The notes beneath the pieces are model-generated. The model was not told the DNA's origin. It saw nothing but the letters and a program-made list of their open reading frames with translations, and made no database searches. From positions 16,217-80,216 of the forward strand of contig CAYSCX010000008.1 of the NCBI GenBank assembly GCA_964429575.1: a DNA stretch of 64,000 nt, in the 5' to 3' direction. This document shows, piece after piece, positions 9,883 through 19,007 of the stretch; the first letter of the stretch is position 1; each line of letters starts with the position of its first letter. This stretch comes from an uncultured Candidatus Binatia bacterium (GTDB lineage Bacteria > Desulfobacterota > Binatia > Binatales > Binataceae). The position numbers and the translations under genes were made by a program.

Positions 9883-11025
9883 CTACTGCTTGAGGAGGTC
9901 GCGCGCGATGACGACGCGCTGAATCTGCGAGGTACCCTCATAAATCTGCAGCAGCTTCGCGTCACGCATCAGCTTCTCGACCGGGTATTCGTTCATGTAC
10001 CCGTAGCCGCCGAAAATCTGGACTGCATTCGTGGTGATACGCATGCAGGCGTCGGCCGAGAATGCTTTCGCGTAGCTCGATATCGCGTTGGGGAAGTGTC
10101 CGCCGTCGACCAGCCACGCAGCCTTGTACGTCAACAGGCGCGACGCCTCAATTTCGATCGCCATGTCGGCCATCATGAACTGGATGGCCTGAAAGCTCGC
10201 GATTGGCTGGCCGAACGCGGTGCGCTGGCGCGAGTACTTCAGGCACTCGTCGAGCGCGCGCTGCGCGATTCCAATTGCAATCGCGCCGATCTCGGGCCGG
10301 CTCATGTCGAAGGTCCCCATCGCATACTTGAAACCTTCGCCTTCATTGCCGACCAGCGCGGAGGTCGGGATGCGCACGTCCTCGTAGAAAATTTCGCCGG
10401 TGTCGGCGGCGCGCTGGCCGAGCTTGCCGTGCATCCGCCTGCGAGTGATGCCGTTCAGGTTGGACGGAAACACGAAACACGAGATGCCCTTGTGCTTGAG
10501 CCGCTTGTCCGAGGTCGCGAAGGTAACGTACCAGTCCGCCACCGAACCGTTCGAGATGAAATGCTTGACGCCGTTGATCACGAACTCATCGCCGTCGCGG
10601 CGGTAGCTGGTGCTCATCGCGGCCACGTCAGAGCCAGCGCCGGGTTCGGTGATCGCAAAGGCGCAGAAAGTGAGTTGCTTTGCGAGCGCGCCGAGGTACT
10701 GCTGCTTCTGCCCGGGGTTGCCCGCGATCAGCAGGGGCAGCGTCGCGAGGTCATTGGCGCCGATGGCGTTGGAGATTCCCGCGCATCCGTAGTTCAGCTC
10801 CTCGACGATCAGGCTCGTGTCGAGCACGCCGAGCCCCGGACCGCCCAAGTCCTTCGGCACGCCGAAATTCATGAGACCGGCAGCGAATGCCTTCTCGCAC
10901 ACGTCGCGCGGGAAGGTTTCCTTCTGGTCGTACTCGCGCGCGCGAGGGATTATTTCCTGCTCGGTGAACTTGTGCGCGAGCCCCTTTAGCTCGAGCTGCT
11001 CCTCGGAAAGTTCGAAACCCAGCAT
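9883..11025 (-). CDS. acyl-CoA dehydrogenase
   Basis: 380 aa. Typical ACAD layout and C-terminal QIYEGTSQIQRVVIAR motif. Confidence 0.9.
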   Translation of the reverse strand: MLGFELSEEQLELKGLAHKFTEQEIIPRAREYDQKETFPRDVCEKAFAAGLMNFGVPKDLGGPGLGVLDTSLIVEELNYGCAGISNAIGANDLATLPLLIAGNPGQKQQYLGALAKQLTFCAFAITEPGAGSDVAAMSTSYRRDGDEFVINGVKHFISNGSVADWYVTFATSDKRLKHKGISCFVFPSNLNGITRRRMHGKLGQRAADTGEIFYEDVRIPTSALVGNEGEGFKYAMGTFDMSRPEIGAIAIGIAQRALDECLKYSRQRTAFGQPIASFQAIQFMMADMAIEIEASRLLTYKAAWLVDGGHFPNAISSYAKAFSADACMRITTNAVQIFGGYGYMNEYPVEKLMRDAKLLQIYEGTSQIQRVVIARDLLKQ

Positions 11026-11245
11026 TCGTTTGCTCCGTGAGCGATGGAGTTGCGTGGCGCGGCGCGACGCATCTCATCTGTTAACCGAGAGCATCGCGCA
11101 AAGAAAGGGGCGGCGCCGGTAGGGGCGTTCCTTGAAAAAACCCGCACACCCTAATATGACGGGCATGCGATTCGATGCGGAGCGCGGACGCAGCGCATCA
11201 CGCGCACGGTCCGCCGCGCCGCCGATTCCCGAAGGAGACACGCTG

Positions 11246-11545
11246 ATGCCCATCACGGTTATTGCGAAGATCAAGGCGAAGGCCGGCAGCGAAGGCGAGG
11301 TCGAGAGCGCGTTTCGCGAGATGATCGGAAAAGTCCGCGCCAACGAGCCCGCCACGCTCATCTACGCGTTGCACAAGTCCGTGCAAGATCCGACCACGTT
11401 CGTTTTCTACGAGGTGTATCAGGATCAGGCTGCGTTCGACGCGCATGGAAAGACCGAGCACATGAAGGAGCTCGGCGGGAAGCTCGGCGGAAAGCTCGAG
11501 GGGCGTCCGGCGGTCGATATCCTGAACGAAGTCGCGCGCAAGTAG
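11246..11545 (+). CDS. antibiotic-biosynthesis-monooxygenase (ABM) domain protein
   Basis: ATG at 11246 after GAAGGAGA. The ferredoxin-like ABM pattern IAKIKAKAG...FYEVYQDQAAFDAHGKTEHMK is present. The upstream part of the track ORF is discarded. Confidence 0.7.
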   Translation: MPITVIAKIKAKAGSEGEVESAFREMIGKVRANEPATLIYALHKSVQDPTTFVFYEVYQDQAAFDAHGKTEHMKELGGKLGGKLEGRPAVDILNEVARK

Positions 11546-11559
11546 CCACGCACTTACGA

Positions 11560-11586
11560 CAGGGCCGGATGGACCATCCGGCCCTG
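11560..11586 (+). terminator. candidate intrinsic terminator after the ABM gene
   Basis: Near-perfect palindrome CAGGGCCGGATGG-A-CCATCCGGCCCTG, followed by TTCAATCTTC, about 15 nt after the stop codon. Confidence 0.5.
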
Positions 11587-11724
11587 TTCAATCTTCAAGC
11601 ATGAGTTGAACTCTGCGGCGGCACGCGCTGCCGCCGCAGCTTCGTGCGCGCTGCCGCCACGGTGTAGACTCGGCGCGAGCGCCGAGTCAATTGCGACCGC
11701 TCCCTGAGCCATCACCGCACCCTA

Positions 11725-12324
11725 CTACGATACCGCGAGCCCTCGCTCCCGAAGCCGCTGCTCCAACATCAGCAGCCGGTCATGACCCCAGAACGGTTCG
11801 CCGTCGAACACGAAGATCGGCACGCCGAACGCGTGATCAACCGCGGCTTCTTCTTGCGCCCGTTCGAAGGCGCGCACGCCCTCGCCCGCCATATACTCTC
11901 GATATTCCCCGGCTGACATTCCGAGGCTCGCGATCAGCGCAGCGATCGCGCCGCATTGATCGACTTCCAACTCGCGCTTGAAGAACAATTCATACACGCG
12001 ACGGCTGTAATCCATCAGCCGTCCCTGCGTTTGCGCGAACAGACCGCCAATCAGCGCTGGCGTAGTGTCGTAGACTTTGAGCGGCCCGCGAATGATCAAC
12101 CCGCGCTGATTCGCCCACCGCCGCGCATCGAGGTAAGAATACTGTGCCTTGTAATCCGAGTAGATGCTCCGTTGACCGCGGTCTTTGATTCGCAGCACGA
12201 ACGGAATCCATCGCACACGCACGCGGTAGCGCTTCTCAAGCTCGAACGCCGGATCGAATGCGAGATACGCAAACGGACTCTTGTAGTCCGAGTACATCTT
12301 GATCTCCTTTCGCTCCTCGCTCAT
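11725..12324 (-). CDS. DsbA-family / 2-hydroxychromene-2-carboxylate isomerase-like protein
   Basis: N-terminal YSDYKSPFAYLAF and C-terminal GVPIFVFDGEPFWGHDRL are typical of the HCCA isomerase / DsbA-like family. Confidence 0.75.
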   Translation of the reverse strand: MSEERKEIKMYSDYKSPFAYLAFDPAFELEKRYRVRVRWIPFVLRIKDRGQRSIYSDYKAQYSYLDARRWANQRGLIIRGPLKVYDTTPALIGGLFAQTQGRLMDYSRRVYELFFKRELEVDQCGAIAALIASLGMSAGEYREYMAGEGVRAFERAQEEAAVDHAFGVPIFVFDGEPFWGHDRLLMLEQRLRERGLAVS

Positions 12325-12806
12325 CGACGGATTACACCATCCTCCGAGACATCGAGATGATACGTCACCTCGCGCGCGAGTTCGTCGGGACGCGCGAGGT
12401 AGTAATCAACCTGCGGCACGCCGCGCAACCTCTCGACCACGCCCGCAACCGGCGCCTCGGCGAATCCGAATCGCTTAAAGAATGCCCCCGCATCCGTGCT
12501 GAACAGATACAAGGCGCGCGCGCCGCGGGTGTGCGCAGCTTTTCGCGCCGCCGCGACCAATGCCGCGCCGACGCCCCGCTTGCGCATCGCAGGCGCCACG
12601 TAAAGCGACCGAATCAACGCGCGGTCGAGCTTCGGTTCGACGCCGATCACTCCCACCGGATCATCGCCAAGATACGCGAGCAGGTAGCACGCCGCCGGCC
12701 AATCAACCCCGTCCGTGATCAGGCCTGCATCCGTGAGCATCGCGCGGACGCGCGCGAGGTCGCGCGTCTGTTCAATCGACAACTCGCCTGCTTTGCGGTG
12801 GCGCAT
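12321..12806 (-). CDS. GNAT-family N-acetyltransferase
   Basis: Acetyl-CoA binding motif RKRGVGAALVAAARKAA within YVAPAMRKRGVG. 4-nt overlap with the downstream gene. Confidence 0.8.
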   Translation of the reverse strand: MRHRKAGELSIEQTRDLARVRAMLTDAGLITDGVDWPAACYLLAYLGDDPVGVIGVEPKLDRALIRSLYVAPAMRKRGVGAALVAAARKAAHTRGARALYLFSTDAGAFFKRFGFAEAPVAGVVERLRGVPQVDYYLARPDELAREVTYHLDVSEDGVIRR

Positions 12807-12809
12807 GGC

Positions 12810-13409
12810 TCAGATCCCGACCGCGTGACCGCGAATCATGATCCCACCCGCGCTCGCTGTGAGTCTTAAGATTTTGAACCCGGCGCGAGCAATCGTGTCA
12901 GGAGTCGCGCGATTGAGGTGACAACCTCCCATCGTGCGCGCCCACAGCGGATCGAGCGCGTCCTGAACCGATGAGGAGAAATCTCCGCGCGCGCGAATGT
13001 GCTCGAAGAAATGCAGGGTTCCGCCCGGCTTGATGACCCGGCGCATCTCCGCGACGGCCGCTGCCGCATCCGGAATCGTGCACAACACCAGGCACGCGAC
13101 GACCGCATCGAACGCGCCCGACTGAAACGGCAGCGCCTGCCCGTCGGCGGCGAGCAGATTGATGCGCGCCGGCGCCGCTTTCGCGCGCGGAATCGCTCGA
13201 ATCAACATATGCGGGTCGGGCTCGATCGCCGCCACGAATGTGTCGCTCGGATAATGGCGCAGATTCAGTCCGTTGCCGACGCCCACTTCGAGCACGCGGC
13301 CACGGAGTTCGCCCACCAGTTGTCTGCGCGCTTTGTCCAGCCCGAAGTATTCGCAGGGACGGTTCAGTATCTCGTAGAACCACGCGAACGTAGGGTGCTC
13401 TGCGGCCAC
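12810..13409 (-). CDS. class I SAM-dependent methyltransferase
   Basis: Motif I VLEVGVGNGLNL, with FDAVVACLVLCTIPD and the post-motif region (Methyltransf_11-like). Confidence 0.8.
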   Translation of the reverse strand: MAAEHPTFAWFYEILNRPCEYFGLDKARRQLVGELRGRVLEVGVGNGLNLRHYPSDTFVAAIEPDPHMLIRAIPRAKAAPARINLLAADGQALPFQSGAFDAVVACLVLCTIPDAAAAVAEMRRVIKPGGTLHFFEHIRARGDFSSSVQDALDPLWARTMGGCHLNRATPDTIARAGFKILRLTASAGGIMIRGHAVGI

Positions 13410-13421
13410 GGCTATGCCTCT

Positions 13422-13652
13422 CTACTTCTTTGGCGGCGGGAAAAGTTGCGCGCCGGTCTCATCGACGACCGTAATCGCTTTGGTGGGGCATGAGCGCGCG
13501 GCCGAGAGAACCGCCGCGTCGGGCGCGCCGGCCGGGTTGATCACTTCGGACTTTCCGTCGTCACTCAACTGAAATACGGCCGGCGCGGTTTCGACGCAGT
13601 CGGCGCTGCCGATGCATTTGTTCCTGGCTACGGTGATGGTGAGCTTTGCCAT
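13422..13652 (-). CDS. small ferredoxin
   Basis: 76 aa from the ATG at 13652. CIGSADC ... CP pattern as in single-cluster (3Fe-4S/4Fe-4S) ferredoxins. Confidence 0.7.
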   Translation of the reverse strand: MAKLTITVARNKCIGSADCVETAPAVFQLSDDGKSEVINPAGAPDAAVLSAARSCPTKAITVVDETGAQLFPPPKK

Positions 13653-13778
13653 CGGCGTTGCGAGTCTCCTGTTGAAGCTGGAGGAACAATAGATTCGCGC
13701 GGCTACGCGCCGCAAGCGGCCCGCCGCGCGCGCGTTGAAAGGCCGCGCCGCGAGGCTAATACTCCGGGTGGCTTCCTC

Positions 13779-14171
13779 ATGGCCAACATCATCGGTACCG
13801 GAATTGACGTCGTGGAGGTCGCGCGGGTCGAGCGCGCGCTGACGCGCCCGGCCACCGGCGCGCGGTTCCGTGCGCGCGTGTACACTGATGATGAAGTTGC
13901 GTATTGCGAGTCACGCGGGCGGCCCCGCTTCCAGAGCTACGCGGCGCGATTCGCGGCGAAGGAAGCGGCGATGAAGGCGATGGGCACCGGTTGGAACCGC
14001 AACGCCGGCTGGCGTGAGATTGAAGTCGTCCGCGAGCGCGGTCGTGCGCCGCGAATCGTGCTCAACGGCAAGGCTGCCGACTTCGCGCGCCGGCGCAAGA
14101 TCACGACATTCCACCTGAGCATCACGCACACCGCCGCCGAAGCGATCGCGCACGTAATTGCCGAAGGGTGA
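13779..14171 (+). CDS. acpS: holo-[acyl-carrier-protein] synthase
   Basis: N-terminal IIGTGIDVVEVARV and FAAKEAAMKA motifs; about 130 aa. Confidence 0.9.
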   Translation: MANIIGTGIDVVEVARVERALTRPATGARFRARVYTDDEVAYCESRGRPRFQSYAARFAAKEAAMKAMGTGWNRNAGWREIEVVRERGRAPRIVLNGKAADFARRRKITTFHLSITHTAAEAIAHVIAEG

Positions 14172-14177
14172 CGCGGG

Positions 14178-15623
14178 CTACGGCTGCGCCGCGGGTGACG
14201 ACGACGCGGCAGCGGCCGGCAAGCGAGGGTTGCTGACCTTGAAGTGGCGTGCCGCTCGATCGGCGCGCTGGTAGTGAAAATCGTTGAGCGAATAAACGGC
14301 CTCATTCGCGCTAGAGGTGGCGAACATTTCGGTCGGTGGTCCCGCCGGCTCACCGGGAATCGCGGGTCCGGGGTTGTCAACCTTCACCTGCGAGAGCTTG
14401 TACCAGCCGATTTGCTTACCATCTTTGTCGAGGAGCGTGATCGTCAGCTCGGGTTTGTCCATCGCAAAGAGCGTGGGGCTGGGCATCGGGTCCGCGAGGA
14501 TCGACATCCCGCGCAGGTCGCGGAGGTTCTCGATATAGCGCTGGACGAATGAAGCGCTCGCCTGGGAGGTCTTGCCGTCCTCATCGACGGTCCAGTTGCC
14601 AGCCGCGTCGCGGGTGAGCGTGTAGCCGCGCGATTGGCGGTCAACCTTGATGGTTGCGACTGCCGCCGGGTCAAACGTCATCACCATCTTGTCGCGCATG
14701 TCGAGCAGGCGCTTGTCGAGCGCGGACACCAGCCAGCTCTGCACGGTGTAAACCGGCACGCGCTCGCCGCGACGCGCGTAGTAACCGCTCTTTCCTTCGC
14801 CGCTCTCCTTGAAGCCGATGAGCAACGACTGATGCTCCTCGCCGCTTTTGCCCGTGTACGCGGTGGCGGCGACATGAGGTTTGTCTAGACCGTATTGCGA
14901 TACCGAGGGCGGTGTGTCGGTGATGAAATCGGTGACCTTCGCGTTCACCAGCGTGGTCAAGTACTGGCGCACCGCCAGCGGATCAGCCGGAAATTCCCCG
15001 GGCTTGACGATTTTCCACTTGTCGCCGTCACGGGCGATCTCAATAGTGTCGCCGCTGTCGTGCTCGATGGTGAATCGTTTCACGTCATCGATCTTGAAAT
15101 CCGTCAAGTCGCGATTGCGCAGCTGATCGAGCGTCTTGTTCATGCCGGCCTGAAACGCCGACGACGCCAGCATCACGGCGGGCTTCGCGGTCGTCTTCAT
15201 GTAGACCGAGAACCCCACCGGCGTCATCTTGCCAAGCGCGATGCCGGGCAAGGTCTTGCCGTCTTTGGTCGTGACCGTGACGATCACCAATGGATTGTCG
15301 AGTCCGAACGGCGCCAGGGCTTCGGGCTTCTCATCGACGGTCTTCTGAACTTCGCAGTCCGCAATCGCACGCGCCAGATTGTTTGCGGCGGTCTGGTCCG
15401 CATCGACGCTGACCGGCTTGGCGATCCGCCACGCGCCATTGTCCTCGCGGTCGAGTTCGATCTCGTTGCCGGGATAGCGCAAATGGATCCTGGCGATGTC
15501 TTCGGGCTTGATCGTGTAGAGCTTGGTCGCGGGCACCTCGGCCATGTAGCGGTACTGAATCCAGGCGTAGCCGCCCACCACCAGCAAGAGAGCGAATGCG
15601 ATTATGGTGTTTCGCGGACGCAT
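14178..15623 (-). CDS. DUF4340-domain protein (accessory protein of the GldG-type ABC system)
   Basis: 481 aa, N-terminal TM anchor, repeated beta-rich modules. Lies immediately downstream of the GldG-like gene, as in the conserved ABC-2/GldG/DUF4340 arrangement. Confidence 0.65.
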   Translation of the reverse strand: MRPRNTIIAFALLLVVGGYAWIQYRYMAEVPATKLYTIKPEDIARIHLRYPGNEIELDREDNGAWRIAKPVSVDADQTAANNLARAIADCEVQKTVDEKPEALAPFGLDNPLVIVTVTTKDGKTLPGIALGKMTPVGFSVYMKTTAKPAVMLASSAFQAGMNKTLDQLRNRDLTDFKIDDVKRFTIEHDSGDTIEIARDGDKWKIVKPGEFPADPLAVRQYLTTLVNAKVTDFITDTPPSVSQYGLDKPHVAATAYTGKSGEEHQSLLIGFKESGEGKSGYYARRGERVPVYTVQSWLVSALDKRLLDMRDKMVMTFDPAAVATIKVDRQSRGYTLTRDAAGNWTVDEDGKTSQASASFVQRYIENLRDLRGMSILADPMPSPTLFAMDKPELTITLLDKDGKQIGWYKLSQVKVDNPGPAIPGEPAGPPTEMFATSSANEAVYSLNDFHYQRADRAARHFKVSNPRLPAAAASSSPAAQP

Positions 15624-15650
15624 CGCGGACTCACACTGGCGCGGCGCGGT

Positions 15651-17216
15651 TTAATTGCGTCGCGACCACCACACGGCGATTCCGGCGATCAGCAACAGCT
15701 CCGGAAGCAGCAGAACGGACAGCGCAAACACGATCTGGAACTGATCGACGGTTAGCCGGAAGCGCGATGCGCGCAGCGCTCGCGGGCGTATCGAGATGCC
15801 GCCTTCATCGCCCGCGAGCCAGTTCACGGAGTTCACCACCAAGTCGCGGTTGAAAAAGTTGCTGATGTACTGGTTGTCGATAACATCCGCCGAACCCAGC
15901 ACCACCATGCGCGCGTCGCCCTTGCCCCACTTGAGCTCTTCCAGGTCCGCGCGAATGGCCGCGCCGACGGTTACCGGCCCGCGCACATCGACGGCGTCGA
16001 GGGTTGCTTCCTGGCGCTTGAAGATTCCGTCGATGTTGGTCTCGGCCCACGAGGTATCGCTGGTGCGCGCGAGCGCGACCACCTCGAGCCCCGCCTTGGG
16101 TTCCTCGGCGACCGTCAGCGAACGCGCCATCGGGAACAGCGTGCGCTGATTGAAATTGCGGGTGATCGGATGCTCTCCATAGCTCTGGACCAACGGATTC
16201 AGTCCGAGCGCCGGCCCCGCGAACAAGCGGACCACTTGATCGACCACCACGTCATTGCCGGCCTTGACGCCCCACCCGTCCACCAATCCCGCAAGCCCTT
16301 GCTGATCGACGGAATTGTCCGGACGCGGCGCCCGGAACATGACGAGCACGCGCCCGCCGCGATCGACAAACGCCTTCACCTGATCGAGTTCGTGCTGCAA
16401 GAGCGGCTTCACCGGTCCACCGATGATCAGCACGTTGATGCCGGCGGGTACCTTGGCCTCGGTCGCGAGCAGGAGCTTTCGAACCTCGAAGCCGTCGCCT
16501 TCGAGCGCCTGCTTGAACGCGCCGTAAGCGCCCGCATCGCTGGCATCGTCCGGGTCGGGCTCACCGTGGCCGTCGAGGAATGCGACGATCTTCTTGCTCG
16601 CTTGCGTAATCCGAATAATAGCGTTGGTCAGTACTTCTTCGCTGAGTTCGGTAACGTTGGCGCCTGCGCCGTCATCGCCGCCGTATTGGAGGTGGGTGGT
16701 GTTCATCACCGAGACCTTGAACTTCTCGGCGAGTTCGGGGTGCTTGTCGGGGTCAACCAACTCGAAACTGACGTTGGCGGGCGCGGCGTACTTGTACGTC
16801 TCGTAGAGCAGTCGCGCGGCGGGCGCCTCGCCGCCCGGCACGAAGCCATAGAACTTGAGCGGCTTTTTGAGACTCTTGACGATGTTCACGGACTGGGACG
16901 AGAGGCTGTAAACGTTCTCCGCGGTCAGGTCGGCGCGCGTGTGGTAGCGCGTGGAGAGATAGTTGACCGCGGCCAATACGCCGACAAACGCGATCGTATA
17001 AATTACGGCGTTCGCGCCGTAACGCGTCGAGCGGAGCCCAGCCAGCGAGGTAAGCGCGCTGCGGCTCGAGACCAGCCATGCAACGATCGCGACCAAGCCG
17101 CCGGCCAGATTGAAATAGACGAACAGCCTGAAGTTCGGTGCGATGAAGTAATCGACCAGGCCGAAAATCAGCAGGACGAGCCCGATTAGTCCGGTAAGTG
17201 CCGCACTCCGCTGCAT
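15651..17216 (-). CDS. GldG-family ABC-transporter auxiliary protein
   Basis: 521 aa with N- and C-terminal TM segments flanking a large periplasmic domain (ABC_transp_aux-like). Follows the ABC-2 permease. Confidence 0.7.
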   Translation of the reverse strand: MQRSAALTGLIGLVLLIFGLVDYFIAPNFRLFVYFNLAGGLVAIVAWLVSSRSALTSLAGLRSTRYGANAVIYTIAFVGVLAAVNYLSTRYHTRADLTAENVYSLSSQSVNIVKSLKKPLKFYGFVPGGEAPAARLLYETYKYAAPANVSFELVDPDKHPELAEKFKVSVMNTTHLQYGGDDGAGANVTELSEEVLTNAIIRITQASKKIVAFLDGHGEPDPDDASDAGAYGAFKQALEGDGFEVRKLLLATEAKVPAGINVLIIGGPVKPLLQHELDQVKAFVDRGGRVLVMFRAPRPDNSVDQQGLAGLVDGWGVKAGNDVVVDQVVRLFAGPALGLNPLVQSYGEHPITRNFNQRTLFPMARSLTVAEEPKAGLEVVALARTSDTSWAETNIDGIFKRQEATLDAVDVRGPVTVGAAIRADLEELKWGKGDARMVVLGSADVIDNQYISNFFNRDLVVNSVNWLAGDEGGISIRPRALRASRFRLTVDQFQIVFALSVLLLPELLLIAGIAVWWSRRN

Positions 17217-17237
17217 CGTACGCGTGTTCCCGCCCGC

Positions 17238-18011
17238 TCAGCGCCAGCGTGCCGACTCAACCGAGCGCTGGGTGAGGAACAGCGCAACCAGGATGAGGCT
17301 TACGAAGTAGACGATGTCCTGAGTATCGATGATTCCGATCACCATCTGCGAAAAATGCTGGGGCAATGAGAGATAGAGCAGGATGCCGGCGAGGCCGGCG
17401 CCGCCCGACTGCGCAGGCCACGAAATCACGTAAAGGAACAGCAACGCGCCGAAGCAGCTTATCGCCGCGATGATCTGGTTTTGCGTGATCGAACTGGTGA
17501 ACAGACCTATCGCGACGAACACCACGCCGAGGAACGCCAACCCGAGGTAGCCGGAGAGCATCACGCCTATCTCGGGATCGCCGAACATGATCAGAATCAG
17601 CGGGAAAATCCCCGCCAGGCCGATCATGATGAGCACGAAGGTTGCCGCGGCGATGAACTTGCCTGCGACGATTTCGCCGGTGCGCACCGGCGCAGTCAGC
17701 AGGAATTCGTAGGTGCCGGTCCGCTTCTCCTCCGCGAAGCTGCGCATCGTGATCGCCGGCACCAGAATCACCAGCACGATTGCGAGGTTCTGCAGCAGCG
17801 GGTCGATGACCATCTGGTTCAGGTTGAAGCGCGAGAGTTGCTCCGCGTTTTGCATTGCGGAGTACATCTGCAAGACAACATCGAAACGCCGCAGCAGCGA
17901 GAAGAAAAAGAACCCGCCAAGCAGCAGGAACACGGTCATCACCACGTACGCCACCGGCTGTACGAAGTACGCGGCGAGCTCCTTGCCCGCGATGGTCAGC
18001 GTATTGCGCAT
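17238..18011 (-). CDS. ABC-2 type transporter permease
   Basis: 257 aa with about six hydrophobic segments. Sits between the ABC ATPase and the GldG-like gene. Confidence 0.8.
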   Translation of the reverse strand: MRNTLTIAGKELAAYFVQPVAYVVMTVFLLLGGFFFFSLLRRFDVVLQMYSAMQNAEQLSRFNLNQMVIDPLLQNLAIVLVILVPAITMRSFAEEKRTGTYEFLLTAPVRTGEIVAGKFIAAATFVLIMIGLAGIFPLILIMFGDPEIGVMLSGYLGLAFLGVVFVAIGLFTSSITQNQIIAAISCFGALLFLYVISWPAQSGGAGLAGILLYLSLPQHFSQMVIGIIDTQDIVYFVSLILVALFLTQRSVESARWR

Positions 18012-18029
18012 GTCGAGATCGCGCGCGGA

Positions 18030-18797
18030 CTAGCCCCGCCCCGCTCCAACCTCCTCCAATGTCTCTTCGTCGAGTTCGCGACCGGCGTGCCGCTCGCGCG
18101 AGATCGCCTCGAGGAAGACCTCCTCGAGAGTCCGTCCCTGCGGCAATGCGGACAGCTTTTCTTCGAGGACGACTTGACCGTCGTTGATGATCACAACCTT
18201 GTCGCAGATTTGCGAAACCTCGGGCAGGATGTGCGTCGAAAGTACCACCGTGCGCTCGCCGGACAGATGTTTGATCAGTTCGCGAATCTCATGGATTTGG
18301 CGCGGGTCGAGGCCGATGGTCGGTTCGTCGAGCACCAGCACGGGCGGATCGTGAATGAGCGCCTGCGCAAGGCCGACGCGCTGGCGATAGCCCTTCGAGA
18401 GCTGTCCGCAGATGCGCCGCGCCATGTCCGAAAGCCCGCACGAATTGAGAACGCGCTCGACCGCGGACGCGACCTCGGCGCTGGCGACGCCGCGCAACTT
18501 AGCCACGAACCGCAGATACGCCTCGACGCGCATATCGCCATAAAGCGGCGGGCTCTCCGGCAGGTAGCCGATGTGCCGTCGCGCTTCGAGCGATTCTGAA
18601 AAGATGTCCAGCCCGTCGATGAGCACCGTACCGCCGCTGGCGGGCATGTAACCCGTGATGATGCGCATCGTGGTGGTCTTGCCGGCGCCGTTGGGACCCA
18701 GGAAGCCGAGTACAGAGCCGCGCTCGGCCTTGAAGGAGACATCGCGAATTGCGATGAAACTGCCGTAGGCCTTGGTAAGCTTCTTTACTTCAATCAT
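18030..18797 (-). CDS. ABC transporter ATP-binding protein
   Basis: Walker A GPNGAGKTT, signature LSKGYRQR, Walker B VLVLDEP. Confidence 0.95.
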   Translation of the reverse strand: MIEVKKLTKAYGSFIAIRDVSFKAERGSVLGFLGPNGAGKTTTMRIITGYMPASGGTVLIDGLDIFSESLEARRHIGYLPESPPLYGDMRVEAYLRFVAKLRGVASAEVASAVERVLNSCGLSDMARRICGQLSKGYRQRVGLAQALIHDPPVLVLDEPTIGLDPRQIHEIRELIKHLSGERTVVLSTHILPEVSQICDKVVIINDGQVVLEEKLSALPQGRTLEEVFLEAISRERHAGRELDEETLEEVGAGRG

Positions 18798-19007
18798 CTC
18801 AGCCGGGTTCCGTGAGCGGACAAGCTTCGGCGGCGTCTTTTGCCCTACAGACGAAACTTGCCTGCCGGTAATTCAAGACCCGAGAAGCAACCGACTAGTT
18901 AATCATCACGGGACGTGGAGTCAACAATTGAATCTTACACTGGCGCGCCAACGCACGTTCTGGCGTGCTGGTTTCTCTTTGCGATCTACATCCGCTAATT
19001 TCGGTAC

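Noticed and set aside
16170-18599. Long plus-strand ORFs (339 aa and 372 aa) opposite the GldG, ABC-2 and ATPase genes
   Set aside because: They are R/H/D/E-rich antisense frames typical of stop-poor high-GC DNA. The minus-strand products have clear ABC motifs.
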